64,000 nucleotides of DNA, from positions 9,382-73,381 of the forward strand of contig JAKZRS010000034.1 in NCBI GenBank assembly GCA_047518015.1, written 5' to 3'. The position numbers and the translations under genes are program-made. Positions 42,055 to 52,873 of this stretch are shown here, piece by piece (position 1 is the first letter of the stretch; every line of letters begins with the position of its first letter). The notes under the pieces were generated by a model, which searched no databases, was not told the DNA's origin, and saw only the letters and a program-made list of their open reading frames with translations. The stretch is from Thermodesulfobacteriota bacterium. GTDB taxonomy: Bacteria > Desulfobacterota_D > UBA1144 > Nemesobacterales > Nemesobacteraceae.

Positions 42055-42113
42055 ACGAAAAACAGGATTATAAATCTAGTTTCAAGGCAAGTGCATGTCA
42101 AACCCTGAAAAAG

Positions 42114-42190
<77 letters not shown>

Positions 42191-42329
42191 ACTAACAACA
42201 GGAGTAATTAGTTTATTTCAGGAAACATGACTGTCAAACCCTACGCGCCGAGACGGCGCTCCCACTGTATTGTGGAACGGATTATGTATAATTTTTCTTT
42301 TCATGCGTTAAGGGAAAGGAGATTGCCGG

Positions 42330-43631
42330 ATGAATTCTGTAAATATAGGCCTTATAGGCGCCGGAACCATAGGTTGCGGCGTTTATAAAACGATAAGCGA
42401 AAACACAGACATAATAGAGAAAAGAACCGGGATAAAACTCAACATTAAAAAAGTAGCCGACCTCGACATAAAGAGAAAACGTCCGGTCAGAATCCCGAAA
42501 AAGCTTTTTACCACAGATGCGCACGAACTCATAGATGACGAGAGCATCTCGATAATAATCGAGCTTATCGGCGGAACCACTGCGGCTCGCGAACTGGTTT
42601 TGGGTGCGATACGGAGCGGGAAAAACGTCGTAACCGCGAACAAGGCCCTTTTGGCTCACCACGGGGATGAAATTTTCAGGGAAGCGGCCGCAAACGGAGT
42701 CCACGTGGCATTTGAAGCTAGCGTTGGAGGAGGAATACCCGTAATCAAGGCGACCCATGAAAGCTACGTGGCAAACAACATTCTTTCCATACACGGAATA
42801 ATGAACGGGACGTGTAACTACATACTTCACAACATGTCGGAGCAGAAAAAAGGATTCGACGAAATGCTTGAGCGCGCCCAGGAGGAGGGATATGCCGAAG
42901 CCGATCCTTCGTTTGACATAGACGGCATCGACGCCGCCCACAAACTCTCGATCCTGATAATGCTTGCCTACGGATTCTTTCCGAAATTCGACGATATATA
43001 CGTTGAGGGAATAAGGAATATCTCCTCGACCGACATAAACTTCACCGAGCAGCTCGGCTACAGGATCAAGCTGCTTGCCATCGCCAAGCTTACCGATGCG
43101 GGCATACAGGCGGGAGTTTATCCGGCCCTTATAAGAAAAGACACTCAGCTCGCTGACGTAAAAGACGCGTTTAACGCAATCCACATCGTGGGAGACAAGG
43201 TAGGTCCGACAATGTTCTATGGAATGGGAGCCGGAATGCTCCCGACAGCAAGCGCCGTTGTGGGTGACCTGGTTTCAATCGCAAAAACTGTCCAAAACGG
43301 CTCGCAGCAGTTTCCGCCCATGCTTTATTCCGAGGACGGCGGGCGCAGGACTATTGTCGGCACAGACCGTCTTACGGGACGCTACTACCTGAGATTCCAG
43401 GTTGAGGACAAACCCGGAACTCTCGGGAAAATAACCACTGTTCTCGGGAAGTGCGGAATAAGCATAGAGTCCATAATACAGCGGACAAGAGAAACAAACG
43501 GCGGGGAGGTTCCCATCATAATAATGACCCATGAATCAAGTGAAAAAAACCTCCGAAAAGCGCTTGAGAGGATAAAAAAATCGATGACATCCGTCGCCGA
43601 TGCGATTTTCCTGAGGATTGAAGAGATATGA
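42330..43631 (+). CDS. hom: homoserine dehydrogenase (with C-terminal ACT domain)
   Basis: IGLIGAGTIGCGV NAD motif; 433 aa; the C-terminal ACT-like segment YYLRFQVEDKPGTLGKITTVLGKCGISIESI. Confidence 0.9.
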   Translation: MNSVNIGLIGAGTIGCGVYKTISENTDIIEKRTGIKLNIKKVADLDIKRKRPVRIPKKLFTTDAHELIDDESISIIIELIGGTTAARELVLGAIRSGKNVVTANKALLAHHGDEIFREAAANGVHVAFEASVGGGIPVIKATHESYVANNILSIHGIMNGTCNYILHNMSEQKKGFDEMLERAQEEGYAEADPSFDIDGIDAAHKLSILIMLAYGFFPKFDDIYVEGIRNISSTDINFTEQLGYRIKLLAIAKLTDAGIQAGVYPALIRKDTQLADVKDAFNAIHIVGDKVGPTMFYGMGAGMLPTASAVVGDLVSIAKTVQNGSQQFPPMLYSEDGGRRTIVGTDRLTGRYYLRFQVEDKPGTLGKITTVLGKCGISIESIIQRTRETNGGEVPIIIMTHESSEKNLRKALERIKKSMTSVADAIFLRIEEI

Positions 43632-44725
43632 GAGAACAGGCGGCGACCGCGAGAAAAATGGTTGCGGATATAGAACCGCAGGAACACCCGATGTTCTACA
43701 AGAACCTTCTCGATTCACTTCCCGAGGGAGTAATAGTAGCTGACAGGAACCTCAACATACTTTCCGTGAACGAACCGTCTGAAACAATACTCAATATCTC
43801 AAGACGCAAAACCGTGGGAAACCATATCTCCAGATTTCTGCCGGAGGAAATAACAAACCTCTGCGGCAGAGCTGTGAAGGAAGAAAGAGTCGTGCAGGAA
43901 AACGACCTGCTTTTCCGCATATCCGAGGAATCCTCGATCAACGTCGAATGCACTGTCTCTCCCATACACGGGAGTGATGGCAGGATGAACGGACTCGTAA
44001 TCCAGATAAGAAACACGGAAAAGATGAACATGATGTCCATCATTAGCAGAAACTGCAGCCTTGAAGAAAACTACGAAACCCTGGTAAGAGGGCTTGCGCA
44101 TGAAATCAGAAATCCTCTGAGCGGCATAAAGGGAGCGGCGCAGCTTCTAAACGGAACACTATCGAAAACGGAGAAAAACCGGTGTTCGAAGATAATAATA
44201 AGGGAAGTGGAAAGACTGAAAGACCTAGTCGACAGGCTCGTGAAACCGTCATCGGTTTCAACGCAGCATTTAATGTCGGTGGATATAAATGAAATCCTGA
44301 TTGACATAATATTCCTCGAATCGAATCTTCATAAAAACATCAAATTCAAGCACAAGCTCGACATTACCATTCCTCCCGTACCAGGCGACTATAACTCCCT
44401 CAAACAGGTGTTCATAAACATCATCCAAAATGCGGTGAACTCGATCAAGGACAACGGGCAGATAACGGTCAGCACCAAGTGGGTCACCGATTACAAGATA
44501 CGCAATAAACACACGGTCTTGATATCAGTAAAGGACGACGGAACCGGTATACAGAAAAAAGACCTGAAAAAAATATTCACCCCGTTTTTTTCGGGCAAAA
44601 AGAAAGGGACAGGGCTTGGTCTTTTCATATCGAGCCAGGTAATAGCTAAATACGGAGGAATAATTACCGCGGAGAGTGAGGAGGGAAAGGGTTCTGAATT
44701 CAAGATACAGCTCCCGGCAAGCTAA
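43628..44725 (+). CDS. ntrB: PAS-domain sensor histidine kinase, NtrB-like
   Basis: H-box LAHEIRNPLSGIKGAAQLL (near identical to the NtrB H-box); HATPase N/G boxes; the ATG overlaps the hom stop (ATGA). Confidence 0.8.
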   Translation: MREQAATARKMVADIEPQEHPMFYKNLLDSLPEGVIVADRNLNILSVNEPSETILNISRRKTVGNHISRFLPEEITNLCGRAVKEERVVQENDLLFRISEESSINVECTVSPIHGSDGRMNGLVIQIRNTEKMNMMSIISRNCSLEENYETLVRGLAHEIRNPLSGIKGAAQLLNGTLSKTEKNRCSKIIIREVERLKDLVDRLVKPSSVSTQHLMSVDINEILIDIIFLESNLHKNIKFKHKLDITIPPVPGDYNSLKQVFINIIQNAVNSIKDNGQITVSTKWVTDYKIRNKHTVLISVKDDGTGIQKKDLKKIFTPFFSGKKKGTGLGLFISSQVIAKYGGIITAESEEGKGSEFKIQLPAS

Positions 44726-44797
44726 AGAATTATCAGCCCTCTACCGCACTGGTACAAACAACGTAACTCGTGATGTGCCGCCTAAAGAAATCAGCTC

Positions 44798-46213
44798 ATG
44801 AAAAACCGTATTCTGATAGCCGACGACGAAGAAGATATCAGGTGGATACTCGAGACATCCCTTAAGAAATCGGGATTTGAAGTCGAGTGCGCCGAAAACG
44901 GAGAGGATGCCGTACGAAAGGCCTGCGAGGAAGCGTACTCTCTGATCCTTCTTGACATAAACATGCCGGATATGAACGGATTTGAGGTTCTAACCCAGCT
45001 TAGAAACAGAAAAATTGACTCGCCCATAATATTCATTACCGCCCAGAACACTGTCAGTAACGCAATAGATTCAATGCAGCTCGGTGCCTATGATTACCTG
45101 ACCAAGCCGTTTGACCTTGAAGAGGTCAAAATCTTTGCCGAGCGGGCTATAAAAAACTACGACGCCGGAAGAAAAATAAGACTGTCTGAAGATTCCGAGG
45201 AAAATATCTCGTTTGAAGAAATAGTAGGCAGTTCGCCCGACATGCTGAACGTATACAAGCTCATCGGTCGTACCGCATCCAAGAACATCACCGTGCTGAT
45301 AACAGGAGAAAGCGGTACCGGAAAAGAACTTATCGCAAGAGCGATTCATTATAACAGTCCGGGAAGAAAAAAAAGGCTGGTATCCGTAAACATATCCGCG
45401 ATTCCCAAGGAACTTATCGAAAGCGAACTGTTCGGATACGAAAGAGGAGCGTTTACGGGCGCCACCGCCTTGAAGAGGGGAAGATTCGAGGAAGCCGACG
45501 GCGGAACCCTTCACATAGACGAAATAGGGAACCTTTCAATCGACCTGCAGTCAAAGCTCCTAAGAGCCATCGAGGAGAAACAGATCTACCGACTCGGCAG
45601 CGAGAAACCGGTCTCCGTTGACCCGAGAATAATCGCAAGCACGAATAAGAATTTAAAAGACGCTGTCAGGGAAGGTTCTTTCAGAGAGGACCTGTTCTAC
45701 AGACTTAACGTCATAAGCATAAACCTCCCCCCTCTCAGAAAGAGAAAAGAGGATATAAGTGAACTGCTGAGGCATTTTTTGAAGAAACATTCAGCGGAAT
45801 TTGGCACTGAGAAAAAGGTCTTCTCCCGCGAAGCGGAGCAGTTGCTGATTACCCACAACTGGCCCGGAAACGTAAGAGAACTTGAAAACACCATAAAACG
45901 TCTGCTGGTTTTAAGTCCCGACAGCATAATAAGCGCAAAGGAAACAAAAGAAGCCATCGATTCGCAAACCGGTTGCGGGGAAACAGAGGTGACGGAGAGG
46001 AAAACTGAAGAACTTGTCCACATGATGGTAGAAAATTCGGACTTCTCCCTGCAGAACGTTCACGAGCAGGTAATCGGCAAAGTTGAAAAACAGTTAATCG
46101 AAACCATTCTCGCAAAAACTGACGGAAACATGAAACAGGCGGCAACCATACTGGGAATAAACAGAAACACCCTGTCAAAAAAGATAAATGATCTGGGGAT
46201 AGAAAAGAGTTGA
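44798..46213 (+). CDS. ntrC: sigma-54-dependent response regulator, NtrC family
   Basis: Receiver ILIADDEEDI; AAA+ GESGTGKELIARAIH; GAFTGA motif; C-terminal Fis-type HTH. Confidence 0.9.
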   Translation: MKNRILIADDEEDIRWILETSLKKSGFEVECAENGEDAVRKACEEAYSLILLDINMPDMNGFEVLTQLRNRKIDSPIIFITAQNTVSNAIDSMQLGAYDYLTKPFDLEEVKIFAERAIKNYDAGRKIRLSEDSEENISFEEIVGSSPDMLNVYKLIGRTASKNITVLITGESGTGKELIARAIHYNSPGRKKRLVSVNISAIPKELIESELFGYERGAFTGATALKRGRFEEADGGTLHIDEIGNLSIDLQSKLLRAIEEKQIYRLGSEKPVSVDPRIIASTNKNLKDAVREGSFREDLFYRLNVISINLPPLRKRKEDISELLRHFLKKHSAEFGTEKKVFSREAEQLLITHNWPGNVRELENTIKRLLVLSPDSIISAKETKEAIDSQTGCGETEVTERKTEELVHMMVENSDFSLQNVHEQVIGKVEKQLIETILAKTDGNMKQAATILGINRNTLSKKINDLGIEKS

Positions 46214-46216
46214 CGC

Positions 46217-46873
46217 CTAATAGCCAAGCTTTCTGAGCGCATCGCGGGCCGCGGACTGCTCGGACTGCCTTTTGCTCCTGCCCTTGCCCATGCCCTTCAG
46301 ATCGGAATGAACTCTGACCTCTACGGTGAAAGTCGTTTCATGCGGAGGACCTTCTTCGCTTAAAACCCTGTACTTCGGCATCCGTCCGAAGATGCTCTGG
46401 GAAACTTCCTGAAGTTCCGTTTTGCTGTCGCGGGGAAAATTGTTTTCTTCGATAGCGTCTTGAAACAGTTGAGAGATCACCTCGAAAGTTTTCTCGTAGC
46501 CCGCATCAAGATACAACGCGCCTATAAGTGCCTCAAAAGCGTTTGCGTTGTTTGAATCCCTTTTTCTTCCTCCTGTGTTCTCCTCGCCTTTTCCAAGCCT
46601 CATCTGTTTTCCAAGACCAAGCGCATCGGCGTATTTTGCAAAATTCGCACCGCTTACCACGCGACTTCTGATCTTGGAGAGGTCGCCCTCGGTGCATGAA
46701 GGGTATTTTTCGTAAAGCAGTACACTTACCACGCATCCCAGCAGCGCGTCTCCGAGAAACTCAAGCCTCTCGTTGCTAGGACATGAGAACTCATTTGAGT
46801 ATGAACTGTGGGTAAGCGCCGTTTCAAGCAGAGAGAGGTCTTTGAACTTGTAGCCAAGTTTCCGGTGAGTCAT
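46217..46873 (-). CDS. rnc: ribonuclease III
   Basis: ERLEFLGDALLG catalytic signature plus a C-terminal dsRBD. Confidence 0.9.
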   Translation of the reverse strand: MTHRKLGYKFKDLSLLETALTHSSYSNEFSCPSNERLEFLGDALLGCVVSVLLYEKYPSCTEGDLSKIRSRVVSGANFAKYADALGLGKQMRLGKGEENTGGRKRDSNNANAFEALIGALYLDAGYEKTFEVISQLFQDAIEENNFPRDSKTELQEVSQSIFGRMPKYRVLSEEGPPHETTFTVEVRVHSDLKGMGKGRSKRQSEQSAARDALRKLGY

Positions 46874-46943
46874 TGGGGAAAAATATCATTAACAACATTC
46901 AAAATCAATTTTGCCGCCTTAGTGTTCAAATTTTAGAATTTTA

Positions 46944-46960
46944 TGCACAATAAACGTGCA
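46944..46960. promoter_or_regulatory. NtrC-type enhancer dyad upstream of glnB-glnA
   Basis: TGCACAATAAACGTGCA, a 17-bp dyad matching the NtrC consensus TGCACC-N5-GGTGCA at 10 of 12 arm positions; about 275 nt upstream of glnB. Confidence 0.4.
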
Positions 46961-47158
46961 CCTTCGGAAAAATACAAAATGCCACTTGAGGAAAAAAGAG
47001 GTTTTTTTGCAAACAAGAATATAAATCGCATCGCTTCTGGATTCCGAAAATACTCAATGATAAAAGTTAGTTGCAAAACGAAAAGCTTCCCCTTCGCAGA
47101 AGAAACAGTTACTTTATACGGCGATTTAGAGAACCGGTTCACTTCAAAACGAAACAAA

Positions 47159-47174
47159 TGGTATATTTCTTGAT
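47159..47174 (+). promoter_or_regulatory. weak sigma-54-like -24/-12 element upstream of glnB
   Basis: TGGTATATTTCTTGAT matches the TGGCAC-N5-TTGC frame (GG and TTG conserved), but -12 is GA instead of GC. Confidence 0.25.
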
Positions 47175-47186
47175 ACTTTAATGTAG

Positions 47187-47558
<372 letters not shown>

Positions 47559-47619
47559 TTAGCGCCCATACCAAAGAATTTTTCTCTGGGAACAACCGCA
47601 TTAAGGAGGATTATTAATC

Positions 47620-49071
47620 ATGGCTACTGACAGCAAGTCGGGTCAGCCCGCTTTTCCAAAAAAGCCGGCTGAGGTAATGAAGTTCATAAAAGATTACGAG
47701 ATTGAGTTCGTCGATCTCAGGTTTCTTGATTTTATAGGGATGTGGCAGCACTTCACCGTACCGGCGGAGGAAGTTGACAAGTTGTTCTTTGAAAACGGCT
47801 TGGGTTTTGACGGTTCAAGCATCAGGGGCTGGAAGGCAATTAACGCAAGCGACATGCTACTGATTCCAGATCCCACCACTTGCAAGGTTGATCCTTTCAT
47901 GCAAGCTCAGACCCTTGCCGTAATATGTAATATCGAAGATCCCATAACGAGGGAACCTTATACTAGAGACCCAAGAAACATAGCGAGAAAAGCTGTTTCT
48001 TTCATGCAGGGCACAAAGATCGCGGACACGGCTTTCTTTGGTCCTGAACTGGAATTCTTCATTTTTGACGATGTCAGATATGATCAGAGTCCCAGCGCCG
48101 GATACTACTTCATAGATTCGGAGGAAGGCATCTGGAATTCCGGAGCTGATGAACAGCCGAACCTCGGTCACAAACTCAGACACAAAGAAGGCTACTTTCC
48201 AACACCTCCTTCAGACAGCATGCATGACATACGTTCCGAAATGGTAAGCACGCTTCTAAGCCTTGGTATTTCCATTGAAGCCCACCACCATGAGGTTGCG
48301 ACAGCGGGGCAGGCTGAGATTGACATGCGTTTCGCGCCACTGGTCAACATGGGAGACAACATGAAATGGTACAAATACGTGGTAAAAAACGTTGCCCGGG
48401 AACACGGGAAGACAGCCACTTTCATGCCAAAGCCCGTCTTTGACGATAACGGTTCCGGAATGCATGTTCACCAGTCTCTGTGGAAAAACGGAAAACCTCT
48501 TTTCGCCGGAAAAGGGTACGCGGGACTGAGCGACCTTGCTATGTACTACGTAGGTGGAATACTGAAGCATGCAAGGGCCCTATGCGCGTTTAGCAATCCG
48601 ATAACAAATTCCTACAGAAGGCTCGTTCCCGGATTCGAAGCTCCTGTAAACCTTGCCTATTCGGCGAGAAACAGAAGCGCCGCGGTAAGAATCCCCATGT
48701 ATTCTCCAAGCCCCAAGACGAAGAGAATCGAGACCCGCTTCCCAGATCCTTCATGCAACGGTTATCTGACGTTTTCCGCTATGCTGATGGCCGGACTTGA
48801 CGGAATCGAAAACAAGATCAAGCCGGGAGACCCTCTGGACAAGGATATCTACGCGCTGGGACCCGAGGAGCTAAGTGACATCCCCTCCGTACCAGGTTCG
48901 CTCGAAGAGGCCGTCAAAGCCCTTGAACAGGATCATGAGTTCCTGCTCAAAGGAGACGTGTTCACAGAAGACGTAATCGAGACATGGATTGACTACAAAA
49001 CGGAAAACGAAATCAACCCGATAAGGCTGAGACCCGTACCGTACGAATTCATGCTTTATTACGACGTATAA
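47620..49071 (+). CDS. glnA: glutamine synthetase type I
   Basis: 483 aa; N-terminal beta-grasp and catalytic domain signatures, including the segment [16 protein letters not shown]. Confidence 0.95.
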   Translation: MATDSKSGQPAFPKKPAEVMKFIKDYEIEFVDLRFLDFIGMWQHFTVPAEEVDKLFFENGLGFDGSSIRGWKAINASDMLLIPDPTTCKVDPFMQAQTLAVICNIEDPITREPYTRDPRNIARKAVSFMQGTKIADTAFFGPELEFFIFDDVRYDQSPSAGYYFIDSEEGIWNSGADEQPNLGHKLRHKEGYFPTPPSDSMHDIRSEMVSTLLSLGISIEAHHHEVATAGQAEIDMRFAPLVNMGDNMKWYKYVVKNVAREHGKTATFMPKPVFDDNGSGMHVHQSLWKNGKPLFAGKGYAGLSDLAMYYVGGILKHARALCAFSNPITNSYRRLVPGFEAPVNLAYSARNRSAAVRIPMYSPSPKTKRIETRFPDPSCNGYLTFSAMLMAGLDGIENKIKPGDPLDKDIYALGPEELSDIPSVPGSLEEAVKALEQDHEFLLKGDVFTEDVIETWIDYKTENEINPIRLRPVPYEFMLYYDV

Positions 49072-49091
49072 AGAAACAGAATCCGAAAACA

Positions 49092-49127
49092 GAAAAGGGC
49101 GCCTTTTTTAAGGCGCCTTTTTTTTTG
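49092..49127 (+). terminator. Rho-independent terminator after glnA
   Basis: AAAAGGGCGCCTTTTTTAAGGCGCCTTTTTTTTT: palindromic GGCGCC-containing stem(s) followed by a run of nine T. Confidence 0.6.
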
Positions 49128-49162
49128 CTTTTGACAAACCATACAATTTACGGAGTCGCGAC

Positions 49163-49564
49163 ATGAAACCGAAGCTAGCGATTATCACCCTGGGAGTCTC
49201 CAATATGGCGACGGCGAAAAAGTTCTATGAACAGGGAATGGGCTTGATACCCGAAAAGGAATCATCCGACACAATCACCTTCTACGATATGAACGGCGTA
49301 TGGCTGTCCCTGTATCCGGAAGACAAGCTGGCCGAAGATGTAACCATCTCGCCAGAAGGAAACGGATTCTCCGGTGTTACAATCGCACATAACGAACCGA
49401 GCAAAGAAGAAGTGCGCAAGGTGATAGGGGAGGCACGCCGTGCAGGCGCTAGAATCGTAAAGGAACCGCAGGATGTATTCTGGGGCGGTTACTCAGGGTA
49501 CTTTGAGGATCCCGACGGCCATCTCTGGGAAATCGCTTATAACCCGTTTGTTGATCTGACATAA
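49163..49564 (+). CDS. VOC/glyoxalase-family protein
   Basis: 133 aa; glyoxalase/bleomycin-resistance fold pattern. Confidence 0.75.
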   Translation: MKPKLAIITLGVSNMATAKKFYEQGMGLIPEKESSDTITFYDMNGVWLSLYPEDKLAEDVTISPEGNGFSGVTIAHNEPSKEEVRKVIGEARRAGARIVKEPQDVFWGGYSGYFEDPDGHLWEIAYNPFVDLT

Positions 49565-49693
49565 AGAAGCCGGCTTTCGAGGAAACGAGAACCAGTATCC
49601 ATATTATTTCTCCGGCGCTGGTCCGCGCTGAAGTGGTTCAGCCTTTTTCCCACTTTTGAAGCAATTCGCCGGTTGAGGTGCTATAAGGTTTCG

Positions 49694-49778
49694 TGCCGAA
49701 GGGGGGAGTCGAACCCCCACGGGCGCAATGCCCACAGGATTCTGAGTCCTGCGCGTCTGCCAATTCCGCCACTTCGGC
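49694..49778 (-). tRNA. tRNA-Leu (anticodon CAG), type II with long variable arm
   Basis: Minus strand GCCGAAGTGGCGGAATTGGCAGACGCGCAGGACTCAGAATCCTGTGGGCATTGCGCCCGTGGGGGTTCGACTCCCCCCTTCGGCA. Hand-folded; CCA not encoded. The 5' end lies 2 nt after the gspK stop codon. Confidence 0.8.
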
Positions 49779-49780
49779 TC

Positions 49781-50872
49781 TTATCTTTCTCTCCAAGATA
49801 CCATGGTCGGATACGAATTCTTCTTTCTCAGGTTTTTACGTATAACAGCCCGAATCTCCCTTGACACTGGGATTTCCTCCCCCACTATGCCGGTGGAGAC
49901 TGCAGTATAGACATCGCTTTTTCCACCTTTAAGAACCACGCCGGAAATACCGGAACTTATCTTCAGACTGGAGTCTACTCTCTTTAAGATTTTCTTGGTT
50001 TCCCTGGCCGATATAATCCTTTTGGTACTCCTGCGCGTTATTATCTCGTCTGCCATTCTCCCGACAACGCTGTCTTTTAGTTCCTGGGAATTGCTTCCCC
50101 TCTCGGTGACTGAGACCTCGGCGGCTTTAATGGTAGCCATTATCACCGTTTTTGAAGCGGTGCTGAAATTAACCTGCTTATCCTTAGGATACACGGTCAG
50201 ATAGTCCCTGACCTTGAAAAAGAAATCCTTATCTATCCCCTGAATCATCCTAATTTCCTCAACGCTGTCAAGCGGTCCGTCCTTGATATAATAAGGATTT
50301 TCAAGTTCCGCGTAATAGGCTGCAGCGGCACCATCGGGATCCTGATCGTTTCCCGCCCCTTGTGCCGCCCCGTCAAGCCAGTTTACAAGGCTCGCCACGA
50401 AGAGATTGGCCTTCTCCGTTTCCACCCCGAGAAATCGGAAAAGTTCATTTAGCTGCGTGCGGACCTGAAAATCCACCCGGTTTGATTTCTGATCCACAAG
50501 TGCGTTGAGGTTGACTTTTGATCTCTCGTCTATGACCCCAAGGGATATGTTTCCAGATCCAATGGGAAAAGAACTGATGGAAAGTCCCCAGCCACCGGCA
50601 CCGTTCTGCGACTTTATTGCCTGCGCGAGCACTCCCTTGGGCACCGGAATTTCCTCAAGGGTTTTTTTTCTCAGGATTCCTCGCACGACTCTTACCCCTG
50701 ATTTCGCTATATGCCTTGCCTGCACATCGCTTGAACTGTTGACGGAAATCTCGTAACTCACGCGGGTCGAGTACATGAAATCAATCACAATCGTGGAAAG
50801 TATCGCAATCGTTATGACAACGATAACGAGTACTATTCCTCTCTGCGCTCTTTCTGAATCTGCTCTCCGCAT
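49781..50872 (-). CDS. gspK: type II secretion minor pseudopilin GspK
   Basis: N-terminal prepilin-like hydrophobic helix GIVLVIVVITIAILSTIVID; roughly 360 aa; last gene of the pseudopilin block. Confidence 0.65.
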   Translation of the reverse strand: MRRADSERAQRGIVLVIVVITIAILSTIVIDFMYSTRVSYEISVNSSSDVQARHIAKSGVRVVRGILRKKTLEEIPVPKGVLAQAIKSQNGAGGWGLSISSFPIGSGNISLGVIDERSKVNLNALVDQKSNRVDFQVRTQLNELFRFLGVETEKANLFVASLVNWLDGAAQGAGNDQDPDGAAAAYYAELENPYYIKDGPLDSVEEIRMIQGIDKDFFFKVRDYLTVYPKDKQVNFSTASKTVIMATIKAAEVSVTERGSNSQELKDSVVGRMADEIITRRSTKRIISARETKKILKRVDSSLKISSGISGVVLKGGKSDVYTAVSTGIVGEEIPVSREIRAVIRKNLRKKNSYPTMVSWRER

Positions 50873-51547
50873 TCAGTCAGCCACCGGTATAGCAACAATC
50901 ATGGAATGGGTTTCCTCTTGACCCCCGTCCCCAACAAGAACAATCTGGACCTGAACGGCTTCAGGAAATCCTCGCATCACAGACGAATCCCACTCCCACA
51001 CCTTTTGCTCGTTAGCCGAGCCTGGCGATCGCTCGGTAAGAAAATTCACCCGAAAACTAAGCACTCTCTCCGAAATCGGGTACGCGGCTCCGGCTTCATC
51101 GTTTCCGATCCAGTAATTATCCTTCCTCATAAGGGCGAACATATCCCCGTGCTCGCCTCTAAGTGGAACCACGTAGTAGGATATCTCGCTCTGGCCGGAT
51201 TGGGTGGAATAATGCGTTGGGTCTTTCGCAAAAGAGGTAAAAACAATCCTGCTGTTCTCCCCTTCAAGCCTCCCGGTAAAATAGCGATAAGCGGAGGGAG
51301 AAAAAGTTTCGGAGTTGATGTTTCCTCTGGGAAATGCATTCACCAGGTCATGGCGCATCTTAATCAGGATAGTGTTTACCTCCTGGATCAGCTCGTTTTC
51401 CGTTTCTACTCTGCGTTTGGCGGTTATGAGCTGGGAAAAAGAACTATAGAGCATCGTAAGCACGATGACCGTTATACTAACGGCGATAAGAATCTCTAGA
51501 AGTGTAAAACCGCTTTCATCATCCCGAATCGACGAAGTTGATTTCAT
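50873..51547 (-). CDS. gspJ: type II secretion pseudopilin GspJ
   Basis: Prepilin cleavage/methylation motif GFTLLEILIAVSI. Confidence 0.65.
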   Translation of the reverse strand: MKSTSSIRDDESGFTLLEILIAVSITVIVLTMLYSSFSQLITAKRRVETENELIQEVNTILIKMRHDLVNAFPRGNINSETFSPSAYRYFTGRLEGENSRIVFTSFAKDPTHYSTQSGQSEISYYVVPLRGEHGDMFALMRKDNYWIGNDEAGAAYPISERVLSFRVNFLTERSPGSANEQKVWEWDSSVMRGFPEAVQVQIVLVGDGGQEETHSMIVAIPVAD

Positions 51548-51893
51548 AGCTCTCCTCCCCGTCGTCCCAAGTTATAAGAATACTAACGATATTCATTTTC
51601 GCTTCGAATTGCGGCAAATTGTAGGGAGCGACCACGATATGCCACTCAAAACCCGGATGATTATCAAACTCTCCGCTTCTTTGCGAATCCAAGGGGAGCC
51701 CCTCGGCGTCAATCCGGGAAGCTATTTCATCAGCGAGGCTCGTGGCGATCAGATAGTTCGTGGACTTTGTGGCGAGATTGATATTATGGCCCACGATGCC
51801 AAGGATAGACACCATTGCGAAGGAAAGCAACGCCACGGCGACCATAACTTCAAGCAGAGTGAACCCGCAAACGCTTTTTTTCGAGACCTTCAT
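51519..51893 (-). CDS. gspI: type II secretion pseudopilin GspI
   Basis: GFTLLEVMVAVALL; 124 aa. Confidence 0.65.
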   Translation of the reverse strand: MKVSKKSVCGFTLLEVMVAVALLSFAMVSILGIVGHNINLATKSTNYLIATSLADEIASRIDAEGLPLDSQRSGEFDNHPGFEWHIVVAPYNLPQFEAKMNIVSILITWDDGEESYEINFVDSG

Positions 51894-51906
51894 CCCGTTT
51901 TTTCCC

Positions 51907-52440
51907 CTACTGCTCCGTCACGCTTTGAAGCCGGTTGTTAAATTCAACGTATTTATCAAAAACTTTCGTGGCCCCGGTATAGGGATTTGTGGAAAGCGTG
52001 AAAAAATTATCCTTACCGGTTTTCAGATGAATAACCGCCGAGTCAACAATCCCCGTTGGCAAAAAAAGTATAAACGTGTCTCTTCCAGAACCAACCTTGC
52101 CCTGAGTTCTCTCCGTCTGTATATCGTTGAAGAAAACTCCGCTTGGAAGCTTTTTTCGACCATATCCCGAACTCTCTTCAGAACTAAACTGGTTTCCCTG
52201 AAGAACCTCCACCCAGTATTCTCCGGCATCAATATCGAAAGAAAGCTTGTATATCCGCTTCTCAAAAACAGACTTGCTGTACAGGTACCTTATCGTCGTG
52301 ACAAGCCCTCTTGAAGCGCTACGCAGGCTCATGTCACCCGTTTTGAAAACCCGCGGCATCGCCACGGAGAAAAAAGCTCCGAGCAGAAAAACTACCACCA
52401 TGATCTCAATTAAGGTAAAACCCGCGGATTTTCTTCTCAT
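51907..52440 (-). CDS. gspH: type II secretion pseudopilin GspH
   Basis: GFTLIEIMVVVFLLG; 177 aa. Confidence 0.65.
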   Translation of the reverse strand: MRRKSAGFTLIEIMVVVFLLGAFFSVAMPRVFKTGDMSLRSASRGLVTTIRYLYSKSVFEKRIYKLSFDIDAGEYWVEVLQGNQFSSEESSGYGRKKLPSGVFFNDIQTERTQGKVGSGRDTFILFLPTGIVDSAVIHLKTGKDNFFTLSTNPYTGATKVFDKYVEFNNRLQSVTEQ

Positions 52441-52856
52441 CTGTCTCTGCTGGACAGATCATCATCCGAATTCCCTACACCATCCGGACCGTTAGACCTA
52501 ATATAGTACAATCCATCCTCGGTCTGGTCAGCTCCGAAATATATAAACTCGTTTCCCCAAGGATCAAACGGCACATTTGCGGACTCCAGATAACGCCTCC
52601 ATCTTCTGGCTTCCCTGCCCACCGCTACTGGGTCGATCAGAGCACGCAGCCCCTGCTGGGTTTCGGGATAAAAACCATTATCAAACTTAAACAACTGAAG
52701 CGCCTGCTCAAACTGCTTGATCTGAATCAGGGCCTGTTTTTCCTTTGCCCTCTCCCCCTGACCTATCACGTTCGTGCCCACTATGTAGGCAAGTCCCGCG
52801 ATGATAAGCACGACCACCATAATTTCAATCAGAGTAAATCCCATCTGGGATCTCAT
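52437..52856 (-). CDS. gspG: type II secretion major pseudopilin GspG
   Basis: GFTLIEIMVVVLIIAGLA; 139 aa; conserved GspG body (FDNGFYP). Confidence 0.85.
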   Translation of the reverse strand: MRSQMGFTLIEIMVVVLIIAGLAYIVGTNVIGQGERAKEKQALIQIKQFEQALQLFKFDNGFYPETQQGLRALIDPVAVGREARRWRRYLESANVPFDPWGNEFIYFGADQTEDGLYYIRSNGPDGVGNSDDDLSSRDR

Positions 52857-52873
52857 TTTTTCTGCCTCCCTGT

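Noticed and set aside
42282-43184. 300-aa minus-strand ORF antisense to hom
   Set aside because: Overlaps the well-supported homoserine dehydrogenase gene on the plus strand. Y/V-rich nonsense translation.
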